Shown piece by piece: positions 37,683 through 46,632 of a DNA stretch of 64,000 nt. A program made the position numbers and the translations under genes. Source of the stretch: an uncultured Mycoplasmatota bacterium (GTDB lineage: Bacteria; Bacillota_I; Bacilli_A; RF39; UBA660); contig CANPPW010000002.1 of NCBI GenBank assembly GCA_947576095.1, forward strand, positions 3,776 through 67,775. Direction: 5' to 3'. Each line of letters begins with the position of its first letter. Positions within the stretch are counted from its first letter, which is position 1. Below the pieces are notes generated by a model. It made no database searches. It worked only from the letters and a program-made list of their open reading frames with translations, and was not told the origin of the DNA.

Positions 37683-38378
37683 ATGAATGTAATAAAAATG
37701 AGTCATGTTAAAAAAATTTATAAAAATGGGGTGACAGCTATTTATGATTTAGATTTAAATATTGCTAAAGGAGATTTTGTCTTTGTAATTGGTCCAACAG
37801 GATGTGGAAAGTCAACACTAATTAAAATGCTTTATAGAGAAGAGAGACCAACAAGTGGTTCAATTAATGTTGGTGGTGTAGATGTTGCGAAATTAAAGAA
37901 TCGGAAGGTTTATATGATTCGTAGAAAAATTGGTGTAGTTTTTCAAGATTTTAAACTTTTGCCAAAATCAACAGTTTATGAAAATGTGGCTTTTGCACTA
38001 GAGGTTTATGGCCTTCCAAAAGATGAAATTTATAATAAAGTCATTAAAGTATTAGAGTTAGTTGGACTTAAACATAAGGCTAAAAATTATCCAACAGAGT
38101 TATCTGGTGGAGAACAACAAAGAGTAGCAATTGCTAGAGCGATTGTAAATGGGCCAAAAATTTTGATATGTGATGAACCAACGGGAAATCTTGATGAAAA
38201 TACAAGTATGGAAATAATGGAAGTATTGGATGCAATTAATAAGCTTGGAACAACTATTATCATGGTAACGCATGATACAGATATTGTTAACCGAATGAAA
38301 AAAAGAGTGATTCTTTTGAATTCTGGTAGAATTGTAAAAGATTATAAAGAAGGGACGTATAAACATGAAAGTATTTAG
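37683..38378 (+). CDS. ftsE: Cell division ATP-binding protein FtsE
   Basis: GPTGCGKST, LSGGEQQRVAIARA, ILICDEPTGNLD. Confidence 0.92.
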   Translation: MNVIKMSHVKKIYKNGVTAIYDLDLNIAKGDFVFVIGPTGCGKSTLIKMLYREERPTSGSINVGGVDVAKLKNRKVYMIRRKIGVVFQDFKLLPKSTVYENVAFALEVYGLPKDEIYNKVIKVLELVGLKHKAKNYPTELSGGEQQRVAIARAIVNGPKILICDEPTGNLDENTSMEIMEVLDAINKLGTTIIMVTHDTDIVNRMKKRVILLNSGRIVKDYKEGTYKHESI

Positions 38379-39264
38379 AATATTTTTTCGAAATGTAAGA
38401 GATTCTTTTAAAAGTGTATTTCGTAATTTTTCTCTGTCGCTAGCGTCTATTTCTTGCATTACCATTACATTACTTGTTGTATCTTTAGCTATTGTTCTTT
38501 CCTATAATGTTAATAATATAGCAGGTTTAGTAGAAAAAGATGTTACAATTGTTACGTTTTTAAAGGTTGATATTACAGAAGAAGAGAAAGATGCTGTTGA
38601 GCAAGAAATAAATGGAATTGATGGAGTAGAATCTTATCAATTCCAATCGAAAATGGAAATTTCTAAGGAAATGATGGAATCCTCTGATACCTTTAAGAAT
38701 ATTATGGGATCATGGTCTGTTGATGAAAGTCCGATTCAAGATACTTTTCTTGTGAAAGTAGATGATATTAATCATATAGGAAAAGTTGCATCTAAAATCG
38801 AAAAAATAGAAAATGTTGGACTTGTAAAATATGGAAAAGGTATGGTAGAACAACTGATTTCTGTTTTTGAGGTCGTAAAAAAAGTGAGTATTTTTGTTGT
38901 TTTGGCTTTGATTTTAGTTACAGCATTTTTGATTTCTAACACTATTAAAATAACCATCTTTTCTAGAAAAAGGGAAATCGAAATTATGAGGCTTGTTGGA
39001 GCTTCTAATATTAATATAAAAATTCCTTTTATTTTCGAAGGTTTATTTTTAGGAATATTAGGATCTATTGTCCCTATCATTGTTACAACATATGGATATA
39101 CAGTACTTTATAGTAATTTTGATGGTCAAATATTCTCACCATTTATTAAACTGGTTGTGCCTACACCATTTATATATATTCTTTCGGCATTGTTATTGGT
39201 AATCGGTATGTTAGTTGGTATGTTTGGAAGTTATAGAGCTGTTCGGAAACACTTAAAAATATAG
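38365..39264 (+). CDS. ftsX: Cell division permease FtsX
   Basis: Overlaps ftsE. 4 TM with large extracytoplasmic loop. REIEIMRLVGAS motif. Confidence 0.85.
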   Translation: MKVFRIFFRNVRDSFKSVFRNFSLSLASISCITITLLVVSLAIVLSYNVNNIAGLVEKDVTIVTFLKVDITEEEKDAVEQEINGIDGVESYQFQSKMEISKEMMESSDTFKNIMGSWSVDESPIQDTFLVKVDDINHIGKVASKIEKIENVGLVKYGKGMVEQLISVFEVVKKVSIFVVLALILVTAFLISNTIKITIFSRKREIEIMRLVGASNINIKIPFIFEGLFLGILGSIVPIIVTTYGYTVLYSNFDGQIFSPFIKLVVPTPFIYILSALLLVIGMLVGMFGSYRAVRKHLKI

Positions 39265-39283
39265 AAACATTGTTTTCAAATTT

Positions 39284-39310
39284 CAAACCGTTTTTGATAA
39301 CGGCTTTTTT
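39284..39310 (+). terminator. Rho-independent terminator after ftsX
   Basis: AAACCGTT...AACGGC followed by TTTTTT. Confidence 0.5.
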
Positions 39311-39361
39311 ATAAATTTTTAAAAGTATATAGGGTATTTATTATTCTATTATATATTTTTA

Positions 39362-39370
39362 TGTTATAAT
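39362..39370 (+). promoter_or_regulatory. Extended -10 promoter (TGTTATAAT) for pilin-like paralog 2
   Basis: TGnTATAAT consensus match. Confidence 0.5.
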
Positions 39371-39389
39371 AAAATTATAAATATAAGAT

Positions 39390-39404
39390 GTCTTTTAAAA
39401 AGAC
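39390..39404. promoter_or_regulatory. Perfect 15-bp palindrome GTCTTTT-A-AAAAGAC in 5' leader of pilin-like paralog 2
   Basis: Seen directly. Lies between -10 and RBS. Loop too small for a stable RNA hairpin, so more likely a dimeric regulator site. Confidence 0.4.
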
Positions 39405-39425
39405 AAAAGGTAGGGAGATGAGAAT

Positions 39426-40658
39426 ATGAATAGAAAAGGTTTTACATTAATAGAATTATTAGCGGTTATTGTAATTCTTGCAATATTAGCAGTACTAGTT
39501 ACTCCTATGGTCAATGATACAATTAATAATGCTAAACAGAAAACATTCAAAAATACAGTGGAAGGAATGATTCGAAGTATTCAATTGGATGCATCTGATA
39601 AAGATTATTCTGCAGCAAAATATACTGTTGCAGATGGAGTTATATTAGATGAAAGTGGAAATAAAGTTCATACTAGTGGTGGATCCAATGAAAATGGAAC
39701 AATTCATATCGATGAAGATGGTAATATTACTTTAAGTGTTCATGATAACAAATGGTGTGCTACTAAAACAGCCAGTAATAATAAAATAGAGATGAGTAAA
39801 TTTGAAGAAGGGGCCTGTGGTGTTATTGAGACTACGAATGGTGCGCAGACAATTATTGACTTAGGAATTACTGAATCTGGAGAGGGCCTTTATGAAAATC
39901 CTAAACAAAATGGTGGTGGCTATGTATTTAAAGGTGGTCAAAATAAGAACAATTTAATTTTTGATGACAAATGTTGGTATGTAATTGGCATAGATGGGAA
40001 TAATCAAGTTAAGCTAATTTTGAATAGAAAAGCTCAAGATGGAAAATGTAGGAGTGATAATGCTACTTATGATTTAAGTGTTGCTTGGAATGGGACACAA
40101 AGTTCTTATACGAATTATTGGTTTGATAGCAAAACAACAATGCGAACTACATTAGAATCACTCGCAAATGGACAATCTTTTAATGGATTTTCTATAGAAA
40201 ATTTAGATAAAGTGGCAAATCATACATGGAATGTGGGAGCTGTAAATGCTTCCATACAATTAGGAGCTCCAACAAATATTTCTTCTATATTAGAACAAGA
40301 AAAAAATGGGGGAATTTCTAGTTGGCCAGCAGCAGGCCCCTATCAGTGGCAAAATAAGGTGGGTCTTCTTAATGTAAGTGATGCCATGAATGGTTCTACA
40401 ATGTCAGTTTGTCAATCAGAATCATGGGGAGATTATCTATTTGCTTATATTCCATATTTCTGTGTTGAACAAAATTCTATCTCTCCATCTGGATGGACCC
40501 TTAATGCATATGAATATGATAAGCGGGCTGTAGTTTTCAGTTCAGAGCTGACTAAACATACCTATCAAGAAGAATATTTTGTACCAGTCATATATTTAAA
40601 TTCTAATGTCAAAATAACAGGAACAGGAACAGTAGATGATCCATTTGTTACGACATAA
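39426..40658 (+). CDS. Large prepilin-type (class III signal peptide) protein, paralog 2
   Basis: MNRKG/FTLIELLAVIVILAILAVL. 410 aa. Shares blocks with 10284-11510 (NGAQTI, GGG.VFKG, LLFD.KCW.VI, HxWNVGAV, ILEQEKNG, LNVSD, P.LYLNS.V.ITGTGT..DPFV). Confidence 0.7.
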   Translation: MNRKGFTLIELLAVIVILAILAVLVTPMVNDTINNAKQKTFKNTVEGMIRSIQLDASDKDYSAAKYTVADGVILDESGNKVHTSGGSNENGTIHIDEDGNITLSVHDNKWCATKTASNNKIEMSKFEEGACGVIETTNGAQTIIDLGITESGEGLYENPKQNGGGYVFKGGQNKNNLIFDDKCWYVIGIDGNNQVKLILNRKAQDGKCRSDNATYDLSVAWNGTQSSYTNYWFDSKTTMRTTLESLANGQSFNGFSIENLDKVANHTWNVGAVNASIQLGAPTNISSILEQEKNGGISSWPAAGPYQWQNKVGLLNVSDAMNGSTMSVCQSESWGDYLFAYIPYFCVEQNSISPSGWTLNAYEYDKRAVVFSSELTKHTYQEEYFVPVIYLNSNVKITGTGTVDDPFVTT

Positions 40659-40672
40659 TTATTATTCTTACA

Positions 40673-40703
40673 GGAGATAGAAAGTGTTTTCTGTCTTTTT
40701 TTT
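40673..40703 (+). terminator. Rho-independent terminator after pilin-like paralog 2
   Basis: GAGATAGAAA-gtgt-TTTCTGTCTT followed by TTTTTTT. Confidence 0.55.
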
Positions 40704-40792
40704 GTAAAAATATAACGGTCATAAATATACCTATGTTAAACAATTTAGTTCTTTTTCTTTAAAATATACATATAGTTACATAGGTGATATGT

Positions 40793-41575
40793 ATGAAATA
40801 TCAGATTGGGAGTTTTGTTACAAGAAAATCTTATGACCATGATTTAGTATTTCAAGTGATTGATGTGATAAATGGAGAGTATATTTTAAAAGGGAAAAGT
40901 GTTAGACTTTATGCCGATAGTCCAGAAGAAGATCTTGAGATATATAAAGATCAAAAAGAAGAAGAAGAGCAAGATTTTGTAGCTCGCTTAAAAGAAGTTG
41001 ATACATTAAATCGTGATGAATACTTTTATTTACCAGGTAAGATTCTACATATAGATGGTGATAAAGAATACTTAGATAGGTGTTTAAAATATTATAAAGA
41101 CTATAATTTGTGGGCAATTGGTGTTTGCAAGAAGGAAGAAGAAGTACCAGATATGATAGAGCAACTGCTAGAAGAACATAATCCGAATATACTAGTAATT
41201 ACAGGTCATGATGCCTATTATAAGAAAAAAGGTGCGACAGGTGACTTGTGTGCTTATAAAAATAGTCAAAATTTTGTATCCTCTATTACAGCAGCACGTA
41301 AATTTGAAGGTAGTCATGAAAAATTAATTATTATCGCTGGAGCGTGTCAATCCAATTATGAGGAATTGATTAAAGCGGGAGCTAATTTTGCATCTAGTCC
41401 TAAAAGAATTAATATCCATGCCCTAGATCCAGCTATTATAGCCCAATCTATCAGTTTGGCCGATATTACAGAGGATATTGATTTAAAAAGAATTATTGAA
41501 AAAACAAAATATGGAAAAGATGGAATTGGTGGAATTAAAACTAAAGGAACTATGTATATAGGGTATCCAAGATAG
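40793..41575 (+). CDS. yabG: Sporulation-specific protease YabG
   Basis: YabG family pattern (ILVITGHDAYYKKKG...IIIAGACQS). AGGTGA RBS before ATG 40793. Confidence 0.8.
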   Translation: MKYQIGSFVTRKSYDHDLVFQVIDVINGEYILKGKSVRLYADSPEEDLEIYKDQKEEEEQDFVARLKEVDTLNRDEYFYLPGKILHIDGDKEYLDRCLKYYKDYNLWAIGVCKKEEEVPDMIEQLLEEHNPNILVITGHDAYYKKKGATGDLCAYKNSQNFVSSITAARKFEGSHEKLIIIAGACQSNYEELIKAGANFASSPKRINIHALDPAIIAQSISLADITEDIDLKRIIEKTKYGKDGIGGIKTKGTMYIGYPR

Positions 41576-41583
41576 GAGGAATT

Positions 41584-41799
41584 ATGACAATTAGCCAAAT
41601 TCGAAAGGATTTACGGAATCATGTTGGAAAAGAAGTTACGATCAATTGTAATTTAGGGAGAAATAAATATGAAGAGTATCGAGTCGTAATTAAAGAACTC
41701 TACAATAATATCTTTTTAGTAGAAGATGAAAAAAAATTAGGTGTAAAGTCATTTAGTTATACAGATGTAATTACACAAACCATTAAGATTCACTATTAA
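41584..41799 (+). CDS. veg: Veg protein (DUF1021)
   Basis: MTISQIRKDLRNHVGKEVTINCNLGRNKYEEYRVVIKELY. Confidence 0.8.
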   Translation: MTISQIRKDLRNHVGKEVTINCNLGRNKYEEYRVVIKELYNNIFLVEDEKKLGVKSFSYTDVITQTIKIHY

Positions 41800-41872
41800 A
41801 TGATTGACAAATAATGGTAAAAAGGTATAAAATAAATATGTATACAAGATATACTGGAGGGAGCTGATTTTC

Positions 41873-42130
41873 TTGAAAATTACATCAGTAAATGTACGTA
41901 AAGTTGAAAAAGAAGATAACCGCATGAAAGGAATTGCATCAGTATTAATAGATGATTGTTTTGCTGTTCATGATATTAGAATTATTGAAGGCGATAAAGG
42001 ACTATTTATAGCTATGCCAAGTCGTAAAACGGCAACAGGTGGTTATAGGGATATAGCACATCCAACAAATTCTGAAGTTAGAAAAATGTTTGAGGATGCT
42101 ATTATTGAAGCTTATCAAAATGAAGCTTAA
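41873..42130 (+). CDS. spoVG: Septation/sporulation regulator SpoVG (TTG start)
   Basis: MRKVEKEDNRMKGIASVLIDDCFAVHDIRIIEGDKGLFIAMPSRKT matches SpoVG. GGAGGGAG RBS. Confidence 0.88.
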   Translation: MKITSVNVRKVEKEDNRMKGIASVLIDDCFAVHDIRIIEGDKGLFIAMPSRKTATGGYRDIAHPTNSEVRKMFEDAIIEAYQNEA

Positions 42131-42206
42131 AACTCTTAGGAGTTTTTTTGTTTTGACATTTAATGATATATTTGTTATTATAAGTAAAATTTATAGGGGG
42201 GATTTT

Positions 42207-42980
42207 ATGGAAATTTATGAAACAAAAGGTATGGAGAGAGGTTTTTTTAAACCATATGGTAAAGATTATAATTCAGTTATATATGTAAATATAAAAGATT
42301 CATATTTATATAAAAAATATTTGAATCGTTCACTTTCAAATTTTGGTAACGATATGAAAAAAGCAGAGATTTTAGAGCGTACCACAATTAATGATATATT
42401 AAGGCCTCAAAAAAAATGGAAAATCAATAATGAAATAAGTGGTTTTGTATTACCTGATAGTAGAGGATATGAGAGGCTAGACTCTAAAAAGAGACTTATA
42501 TCTGTAGAACAAAAGTATAATTTTTTATATCAAATTAAAGAAATATTACACCAATTGCATGAAAATGGGATTATCTATGGTAATTTAATTCCTGAGAATG
42601 TTTTGCTGAATGGTGAAAAAGTATTACTAGATAATATTATAGATGCACAAGTGGGTTCACTTCCATTTTCAAAATGGCATCATTATATGCGCACTTATTT
42701 ATCACATGGAGGAAGGATAGATGTCAATCTAGATCATTTTATGCTTAATATTTTTACTCTATATTTATTAAATGATTTAACATATGATGAAATATTGAAT
42801 TGCGTAGAACTTGCCTTTATCCAAAAATCACATTTTGAGGATGTAATACCTATGGTAGGTATTGGAGAAAATATAGATTGTGAAAATATTTGCTCATATT
42901 TACTAACACCTTTACAAGCCAATGATAAATTTATTATCGATGCTTTGCCATCTGATAAAGTAAAATCATTATCATTATAA
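42207..42980 (+). CDS. Protein-kinase-like fold protein with degenerate catalytic loop (probable pseudokinase)
   Basis: LHENGIIYGNLIPENVLLNGE aligns to kinase HRDLKPENILL with H to Y, R to G, D to N. GGGGGGA RBS before ATG 42207. Confidence 0.45.
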   Translation: MEIYETKGMERGFFKPYGKDYNSVIYVNIKDSYLYKKYLNRSLSNFGNDMKKAEILERTTINDILRPQKKWKINNEISGFVLPDSRGYERLDSKKRLISVEQKYNFLYQIKEILHQLHENGIIYGNLIPENVLLNGEKVLLDNIIDAQVGSLPFSKWHHYMRTYLSHGGRIDVNLDHFMLNIFTLYLLNDLTYDEILNCVELAFIQKSHFEDVIPMVGIGENIDCENICSYLLTPLQANDKFIIDALPSDKVKSLSL

Positions 42981-43028
42981 AGTCATAAAAATGACTTTTT
43001 TTCATATCCTTTAATAGGAGGAATATAT

Positions 43029-43319
43029 ATGGACAAAGATCATGTACTTACAAATTATAATCATTCAGTAACAATTACAGAACGAAAGAATTTAGTGATA
43101 ACAGGTGTTAAGAAAATAGAAAGTTTTGATGATGAAGAATTTTTGATGGAAACTAATATGGGATTTATTGTTATAAAAGGAGAAGCATTAGAAATTATTA
43201 AACTTGATACCTATCAAGGGAATGTATCTATTAAGGGGACTGTAAATAGTTTATCATATATGGAAAATAAGACAGGCAAAACAAAAGAAGAGGGCGTTTT
43301 TAATAAATTATTCAAATGA
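43029..43319 (+). CDS. yabP: Sporulation protein YabP
   Basis: HSVTITERKNLVITGVKKIESFDDEEFLMETNMGFIVIKGEALEI matches YabP. Confidence 0.8.
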   Translation: MDKDHVLTNYNHSVTITERKNLVITGVKKIESFDDEEFLMETNMGFIVIKGEALEIIKLDTYQGNVSIKGTVNSLSYMENKTGKTKEEGVFNKLFK

Positions 43320-43603
43320 TGAATCTTGAAACACAAATATACTTAATTTTATATTCCTATATCTATGGATTTCTTTTTTCATATATACTGTCTTATACAT
43401 ATCAATATATTTATAAACAAACTGTTATACCTAAAATTATTTTATCTTTTTTATTTGTTTTAAATGCTGTATTTATTTATTTTATTTGTCTTCGAAAAAT
43501 TAATTATGGAATTTTACATGTTTATTCTTTTTTATTAATTCTTTTAGGATTTATAAGCGAACATTTTATTATCAATTATCTTGATAAGAGAAAGAGAAAA
43601 TGA
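43316..43603 (+). CDS. yabQ: Spore cortex biosynthesis membrane protein YabQ
   Basis: Overlaps yabP. Small polytopic membrane protein in conserved position. Confidence 0.6.
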   Translation: MMNLETQIYLILYSYIYGFLFSYILSYTYQYIYKQTVIPKIILSFLFVLNAVFIYFICLRKINYGILHVYSFLLILLGFISEHFIINYLDKRKRK

Positions 43604-43633
43604 TATACTAATCTTATCAAGGTAGGTGATGGT

Positions 43634-44077
43634 GTGGCTTCAAAAACAAAAAGAATCACAAAGGCTTCTAAAAGAAGATTAATGATATTTGGAACACTTT
43701 CCTGTGTCATTATGATATATAGTTTATTTAATTTTATAACATATTCCTATAGAATTAAAAAGTTAAGTGATGAACACCAAAAACTGACTGAGCAACTTAC
43801 AACGTTAAAAGAACGTGAAATAAATTTGAAAAATGAAATTGAAAAATTAAAGGATCCTGATTATTTAGCAAGATATGCTAGAGAAAATTATCTTTATACA
43901 AAAGATGGGGAGTATGTTATTAAATATGATGAAAATAAAGAAAAAAATGTTGCAAAGGATAATAAAAATATATTAAGTGAATATAGGGGATATATCATTA
44001 TGGGAACCATTGTACTTGGGGTTATGATTTTTTATATTTTACGAACACTTGGAAAAGATGAAAAAAAGAAAAGTTGA
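43634..44077 (+). CDS. divIC: Septum formation initiator DivIC/FtsB-family protein
   Basis: TM + coiled coil + KDPDYLARYARENYLYTKDGEYVIKY. Extra C-terminal TM. GTG start. Confidence 0.7.
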   Translation: MASKTKRITKASKRRLMIFGTLSCVIMIYSLFNFITYSYRIKKLSDEHQKLTEQLTTLKEREINLKNEIEKLKDPDYLARYARENYLYTKDGEYVIKYDENKEKNVAKDNKNILSEYRGYIIMGTIVLGVMIFYILRTLGKDEKKKS

Positions 44078-44083
44078 TATTAA

Positions 44084-44112
44084 TAAATAATAAAAAAATC
44101 CACAATTTAGTG
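44084..44112. terminator. Bidirectional terminator between divIC and lemA
   Basis: AAAAAATCCAC-aattta-GTGGATTTTT. Confidence 0.65.
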
Positions 44113-44117
44113 GATTT

Positions 44118-44660
44118 TTATAGTTTAAAATCATTTATATCATCATCAAACATATTTTTTCCGTCAAAATATGTTTTTTCATTTAACTTACTTATTTTAC
44201 TAACTATGTTAGCTGGAAATGATTTTATGAGACTATTATAATCTGTAATAATATCATTGTAATATTTTCTAAGAGCACAGATTTCGGCCTCTGATTCATT
44301 TAATCCAATTTCAATTTTTATAAACCCTTCATTTTGTTGTAGTTCTTTATAGCTTTCTTTATAAGTGTTGAAGATATTAATAGCCTCATAAAGTTGTCTG
44401 TCTAATTCAAAATTACTTAGTTTCCTAGAACGCAATTTTACAATCATTTCCAATACATTTTTTTCATTACAATTTGATTCAATAATACCAATAGATTTAT
44501 TTAATAAATCAAAACGTTTCCTTAAAACAGTATCAATGCAGGATTCTGATTCGTTGATTCTTATAATTAAACTTTGAAATTTATTATATGTATTTGCATA
44601 CCAAATAAGTAGTAAACAAATAATGATAAGAGTAAATAGAATATACATAACCATTAGCAT
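44118..44660 (-). CDS. lemA: LemA-family protein
   Basis: N-terminal TM, YNKFQSL...LRKRFDLL pattern. AAGGTGA RBS. Confidence 0.7.
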   Translation of the reverse strand: MLMVMYILFTLIIICLLLIWYANTYNKFQSLIIRINESESCIDTVLRKRFDLLNKSIGIIESNCNEKNVLEMIVKLRSRKLSNFELDRQLYEAINIFNTYKESYKELQQNEGFIKIEIGLNESEAEICALRKYYNDIITDYNSLIKSFPANIVSKISKLNEKTYFDGKNMFDDDINDFKL

Positions 44661-44713
44661 AATATCACCTTAGTTAAGTATAACAGATTATTAGTTATTT
44701 TTCAATGAATACA

Positions 44714-45085
44714 CTAGTTTTGTATATATTTTTTAATACTTTCATCGAATACAATATAGTCAACGTAGATATTTGGAATCAGTGTCCAGTGTCCTGTTGC
44801 AGGATCGCTTATAATTATATGGTCTCTTCCTGCAGCTTCTAAAATGCCAGAAAAGCGCTTATCTAGCCATTCTTTGGATCCGTTAAAGGTTGCATATACT
44901 GTGATTTGAATGGGTTCAACAGCTTTTAAAACATCTTCTATAAAGTCTGTATTATTCATATTGTTGCTACTAGTGTTGATATTGGGAGCCGTTTGTTGGT
45001 TTGGAGTGGGAATCCCTCCATAATAAAGTGGACTACCTGGTTCTCCAGGAGTAAATTGTCCTGTTGTAAACATATCATTATTCAT
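44714..45085 (-). CDS. gerQ: Spore coat protein GerQ
   Basis: C-terminal IISDPATGHWTLIPNIYVDYIVFDE matches GerQ/YwdL. N-terminal Pro/Gln/Asn-rich region. AAGGAG RBS. Confidence 0.65.
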   Translation of the reverse strand: MNNDMFTTGQFTPGEPGSPLYYGGIPTPNQQTAPNINTSSNNMNNTDFIEDVLKAVEPIQITVYATFNGSKEWLDKRFSGILEAAGRDHIIISDPATGHWTLIPNIYVDYIVFDESIKKYIQN

Positions 45086-45150
45086 AAATATCTCCTTTCA
45101 TAAAAATATATTAAAAAAGAAGTGCAATTATGATATAATTTAACTGGAGC

Positions 45151-45750
45151 GTGATTTTTATGAAAGTCAAAGTAGGCATTTCGGCTAGACATGTTCATTT
45201 AACAAAAGAAAGTTTATCTATTTTATTTGGTGATGGGTATGAACTTCATAAGCGAAAAAACTTAAATCAGCCTCAGCAGTTTGCTTCTGAGGAAACAGTT
45301 ACACTTAAAACACCAAAAAGTGAAATTACTGGTGTTCGAATTTTGGGACCTATTCGCTCTTATAATCAGGTTGAAATATCTAAGACGGATGCTATAAAAT
45401 TGGGTGTTTGTCCACCTATCAGAGATTCTGGTGATATTTTAGAAAGTGCACCAATTACTTTGATAGGACCACAGGGTGAAGTACATCTTCCTTTTGGCTG
45501 TATTATTGCATCAAGGCATATTCATCTTACTAAATATGAAGCCAAAAAATATAACCTTTTAGGTAATGAAGTTATGGTCAAAGTTACAAATGAAAAAGGT
45601 GGTATTTTGGAACATGTTCATTTAAAAATCAAAGAGAATGCTTATTTTGAAATGCATTTAGATACAGATGATGCAAATGCTCATCTTCTTTCACAAGGTG
45701 ATGAAGTTGAAATTATAGGAGAAGAAATATGCCAGAATTACCAGAAGTAG
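45151..45750 (+). CDS. pduL: Phosphate propanoyltransferase PduL-like
   Basis: Duplicated RH[VI]HL motifs (ISARHVHL; IASRHIHL). Confidence 0.7.
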   Translation: MIFMKVKVGISARHVHLTKESLSILFGDGYELHKRKNLNQPQQFASEETVTLKTPKSEITGVRILGPIRSYNQVEISKTDAIKLGVCPPIRDSGDILESAPITLIGPQGEVHLPFGCIIASRHIHLTKYEAKKYNLLGNEVMVKVTNEKGGILEHVHLKIKENAYFEMHLDTDDANAHLLSQGDEVEIIGEEICQNYQK

Positions 45751-46550
45751 AAACTGTAAAAGAGACACTTAAGAAGCAAGTTTTAGGAAAAAAAGTAAAG
45801 AATGTGCATATATATTATAAGAACATTATTTCTGCTCCACAAAGTGATTTATTTATAAAAAATTTAATTGGTGAAAAAATAAATGATGTGAAAAGAAGAG
45901 GTAAGTGGCTTATGTTCGAATTGGACCATTACTTTTTACTTTCTCATCTCAGAATGGAAGGAAAATATTTTCTTAGGGATATAAAAAGTGCACCTTTACC
46001 TCATGAACATGTATCTTTGATATTTACAGATGATACAACTTTACGATATGTAGATACACGAAAATTTGGAAGAATGTATTTATTAGAAAAAGAAAATATC
46101 GAGAAAAGAAAACCACTTTGTGAATTGGGGAAGGAGCCTTTTGATGTATCATTAGATCAAAAATACTTACAAGAAAAGTATGAGAAAAAGAGTTTGCCAA
46201 TTAAAAGTACACTATTAGATCAAAGTATTGTTGTGGGTATTGGAAATATTTATGCAGATGAGATTTTATTTTTAAGTAAAATTGATCCTTTGAAAAAAAC
46301 AAATAGTCTTACTAAAAAAGAAATGGAAGATATTATTTTCAATATGAGGAAAGTATTAGAAAAAGCGATTACTTTAGGTGGAACTACGATTCGTTCTTAT
46401 ACTTCAAGTGAAGGTGTTCATGGAAGATTTCAAAATGAACTTTATGTTCATAATCATGAAAAAGAACCTTGTCCAATTTGTAAGAATAGTATTGTAAAAA
46501 TTAAAGTAGGTGGTAGAGGAACCTATTATTGTCCCCAATGTCAAAAATAA
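45729..46550 (+). CDS. mutM: Formamidopyrimidine-DNA glycosylase
   Basis: MPELPEVETV N-terminus. C-terminal zinc finger CPICKNS...YYCPQCQK. Confidence 0.9.
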   Translation: MPELPEVETVKETLKKQVLGKKVKNVHIYYKNIISAPQSDLFIKNLIGEKINDVKRRGKWLMFELDHYFLLSHLRMEGKYFLRDIKSAPLPHEHVSLIFTDDTTLRYVDTRKFGRMYLLEKENIEKRKPLCELGKEPFDVSLDQKYLQEKYEKKSLPIKSTLLDQSIVVGIGNIYADEILFLSKIDPLKKTNSLTKKEMEDIIFNMRKVLEKAITLGGTTIRSYTSSEGVHGRFQNELYVHNHEKEPCPICKNSIVKIKVGGRGTYYCPQCQK

Positions 46551-46632
46551 TGACATTCGTAATAATAATTTCTTGATTTTTATAGAAAAAGATGTTACGA
46601 TGGTAAGGTGTTAAAAAGGAGGAAGTAGGATT

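Noticed and set aside
38100-38465. 121-aa minus ORF
   Set aside because: Antisense to ftsE/ftsX.
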